DNA from: Squalus acanthias
Lineage: Eukaryota
NCBI GenBank assembly: GCA_030390025.1
Contig: JASTWF010000034.1
Location: 4,836,001 to 4,900,000 of the forward strand
Direction: 5' to 3'
DNA length: 64,000 nt
A program made the position numbers and the translations under genes. Positions 60,700-64,000 of the stretch are shown here, one piece after another. Position 1 is the first letter of the stretch. Each line of letters opens with the position of its first letter. The notes below the pieces were generated by a model. The model searched no databases and was not told the DNA's origin. It was given only the letters and a program-made list of their open reading frames with translations.

Positions 60700-62520
60700 G
60701 TTTGATGGAACAGTGTAGAGTGAGCTTTTTTCTGTATCTAACCCGTGATGTACCTGCCCTGGGACTGTTTGATACGAAAGTGTAGAGGGAGCTTTATAGG
60801 GTATCTAAATTGTGCCGTACCTGTCCTGGGAGTGTTTGATGGGACAGTGAAGAGGGAGCTTCAATCTGTATCTAACCCGTGCTGTACCTGCCCTGGGAGT
60901 GTTTGAGTGTCTCACTCCCTCACTCCCTCTCTCTCTCCATGTCGCTCCCTCTCTCTCTCTCTCCATTTCGCTCCCTCTGTCTTTCTCTCTCTCAATGTCT
61001 ATTCCTCTCTCTCTCTCTTTCGCTCCTTCCCCTCTCTGCTGCCGTCCATCTCCCCCTCTCTCGCTCTCTTCGTCTATTCTGCCAACACGCTACCTCTATC
61101 CCTAATTTTCTCCTTCTCCCTGTGCACCTGTCTTTCTTTCTCTCTCCCTCTCTCTCTGTTCCCGCTCTGATTTGTGTCTTGATTGAAAAGTACCCTGAAA
61201 TATTTCAGCCTGACTGTTTAAATAACAACACATTTCTGTGACATTTTTTATATCTTAAGCATAGGGCTCGGAATCTGTTGGCTATATCAGGTTTCACGAT
61301 ATTTGAGTGTTTAAAATTGACTGGGATATTGATACAGAGAATGTTTCAGACATTCCTGCTTGTGGAACGATGTGAAATCTTTGCATTAGCAGCAAATGGG
61401 TTTGTTGAAAGGAGATGCGGATTTTGTTTGTTTGTATAAGGTGAGAATCAGATCGTGTCTGACTAACTTCAAACTCTTCAAACACATGAAGGAACTAGAG
61501 ATGGGGGCAATACACAAACCTGAGACCCCAGACAAGGGCCGAAGGAAGGTTGGTTCACAGATTAACCATTCTCCAGGCTGATAGTTTCGGGGTGATAGCA
61601 TTCTGGAGGCCTGGGCAAACATACAGAAAGCACGAGTTCAAATCCCTCCCTGGGCTGTTGACAATTTGAATTCTGTTCTTTTGAAATAAAATAAATCTGA
61701 AATAAAAAAACTTCCAAATCAGAATGACTCCCTCCCGCCTGGTCCTGTGCAGCCGAGTGTGCCGGACAGTACAAGGCGGGAGTGAATTGTTGCCTTTTAC
61801 CCGCTGTGTGTACTGTATAAAGATACAGATTAAAGTCTGTATATTTTGGTGTTTGTGTGTGTGTGTATGTTGGAGATGGATTTTGGATATATTTTCAGAT
61901 GGAGATCTAAAGATAAAAATAAGGAGCGTTTAAAATCGGGGTTGTTAATAGAAACAAGATTTATGTAATGAAGTATAAGAATTGCAGGAACCTACTTTAG
62001 AAGAACGCACTCCTTGTTAATTGAGAAAGACACAGAAAATACGTTGATTAAACTGATAACGTACAATTTAATTTGTTTTGAATGTTTGAAATAGGAGATT
62101 AAAAATTGAGTGAACAATGAAGTTTGTTTGTTTGTCTCCCACTTTTCGTGGGGAAGAACCTAAAATAATTCAACTCTTTTCATGATAAGAGCAGGGATTA
62201 ATATTTTGTAGAATGTCTGAGAGAAAAACATTTGAAGCGAAATAGGTAAATTATAAATCTTTAATTCAACATATGAATAAACATCTCCAAGTCAGTCTGA
62301 CTGGTTCTGCTGTCCAGGAAGAAAGACAGATGATTATTTCTGTTCAGTCGTAGCTTTTCCTGCTTTGTGTTTATAATTAAGTGACGCAAATATTTTGTAT
62401 ATTTGTCAATAATAAATTAACAGCAAATAATGACATTTCTGTGACAATTTTTATGTCTTAAAAGATTGCATTTGTGGCTCGGAATCTGGCTGGTAAATCT
62501 AGTTTAATTACCTGAAAGAC
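60700..62520 (+). repeat. Segmental duplication copy B, truncated by an ERV-like fragment at ~62520
   Basis: Aligns to 55690-57520 up to CTACCTGAAAGA/TTACCTGAAAGA. Confidence 0.93.
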
Positions 62521-64000
62521 ACTAGAATTCTTACACTGTGACCTGAACATTACGCCTCAACGAACCACGCTGTGACCACTTATGCTCGCCTATGAGGGAA
62601 GCCCACACCAGTGTCCATTACCAGTGCTAGATATGGAACCAAATCCAGTAAAGGCTAACGCCATACCCGGAGCTCCAAATGTGTACCTTGACAGGTCATC
62701 ATACTGTGTAGATGGCCATCCTAGAACTGGATGCGCCCTTATTGATATCGACGCTCCCGATTGGTCAGCGGGATTTCACGTTCCCGTCCACTCCTCACAA
62801 CAGGCAGAACTGATTGCAGTAATTCTAGCCGTACATTACACGGCTTTGGATGAAACAAATATCTGGTCCGACAGCAGTTACGTTTATAATACAGTTATGG
62901 CTCTTCCCCTCTCGAATACCAATGAGTTTTGCTCATCAGAACATAAATCTTTATTACATTCTGGTCTCCTCCGTAAGCTATGGAAAGTGCTCCAGGAACG
63001 AGTCGCCCCTTGTCACGTGTGTAAGGTAGCAGCCCATCAGAAAGATTCATCCCCCCATTCTCGAGGTAACCAAATGGCCGATCGCTTTGCTAAGCAGGCG
63101 GCCGAGAACGGAAAGTTACTATCTTGGTGGGTATGAATAATACTCAGACACCCGTAGTGGGGGCGGTGACTAAGATTAAAACCATTGATCTTTTGGCCCT
63201 ACAGGATTCATATGCTCCTTATGCACAGCTAATAGCCTGGCATCAACAGGGATGCCCGGTACCAGCACCCACCCTATGGGCAGACTCCACTGTAATGCGA
63301 CAAGATGTAGATAAAAACCCTCCCCTAATAATGATCAGGAATAAAGAGGGTGACCTAGTAGTTTGTATTCCTCCTCAGTTAAAGGAAGACATTCTAGCTC
63401 TCTTTCATTCATTTCCCGGGGGCAGTTTTCACAACTCTGCAAGAAATGTTACAGATAAAACATAAATTGCACCTTGCGCCCCATCCACAATCATCAGGGA
63501 TTGTGGAGAGGGGAAATCGAACTTGAAAGACAATGTTGCAGAAGTTGTGTACAGATCACTCCACTCAGTGGACTGACATATTGCCTTTATGTCTAATGGC
63601 AATACGATCTACCCCACACGGGACTACGAGGGTAAGTCCATATGAGGCTATGACTGGGAGGCAAATGAGGATACCAGGACAAGCAATATATGAAAATAAC
63701 ACACCATTAAAACTACAACCATGTAGCCAAAAATGGTTACAAACCTTGGTAGATCATATGGATGAGGTGAGCAAGCTGGTGGCCATTAACATAGGCAAAT
63801 CGCGTGAACAAATCAAGCGATATTATAAGAGAGTAAAACCATTTGAGTATGATGTTGGAGACCGAGTAATGTCACACAATTTATCTCCAAAAAATCACTC
63901 ATTCGAGATAAAATCGATGGGCCCTCATACCACAGTAGATACATTAAATCCAGCTGTGTATCTACTGAATGTCCCAAATGGTCCGAAGGGAGACCTAAAC
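62520..64000 (+). mobile_element. Decayed retrovirus-like pol: end of tether, RNase H, integrase (central part deleted, GPY/F-like C-terminus); related to 28141-30410
   Basis: VYLDRSS...SSQQAELIAV...NIWSDSSY...KVAAH...GNQMADRFAKQAA; HPQSSGIVERGNRT*KTMLQKLC...LMAIRSTPH.TT.VSPYEAMTGRQMR; YDVGDRVM...MGPH. Confidence 0.9.

Overview
Repeat-saturated vertebrate DNA, almost certainly from an elasmobranch (shark/ray), based on an HE1-like V-SINE, abundant CR1 LINEs and a dispersed 67-bp satellite. No complete host gene is present. Most of the window is CR1/L2 LINE debris, including one full-length decayed CR1 with a zinc-finger/SGNH-esterase ORF1 and one near-intact young ORF2, plus tandem repeats. 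Four things stand out. (i) A cluster of decayed LTR retroelements with retrovirus-type pol (LPQG/YVDD RT, tether plus second RNase H, integrase), coiled-coil gag-like ORFs and three different primer-binding sites (Pro-like, perfect Lys3, Ser-like); these are candidate lokiretrovirus-like ERVs. (ii) A perfect spacerless 382-bp palindrome formed by a Penelope-like insertion, with a minimal hammerhead ribozyme in each arm and a 12-bp target-site duplication. (iii) A triplicated promoter + exon 1 + exon 2 cassette of an unidentified gene on the minus strand, with mosaic flanks. (iv) Local segmental duplications, a tRNA-Ser pseudogene, and a minisatellite born from the CR1 RT motif. Family assignments come from motif recognition by eye, no searches were run, and many boundaries are approximate.
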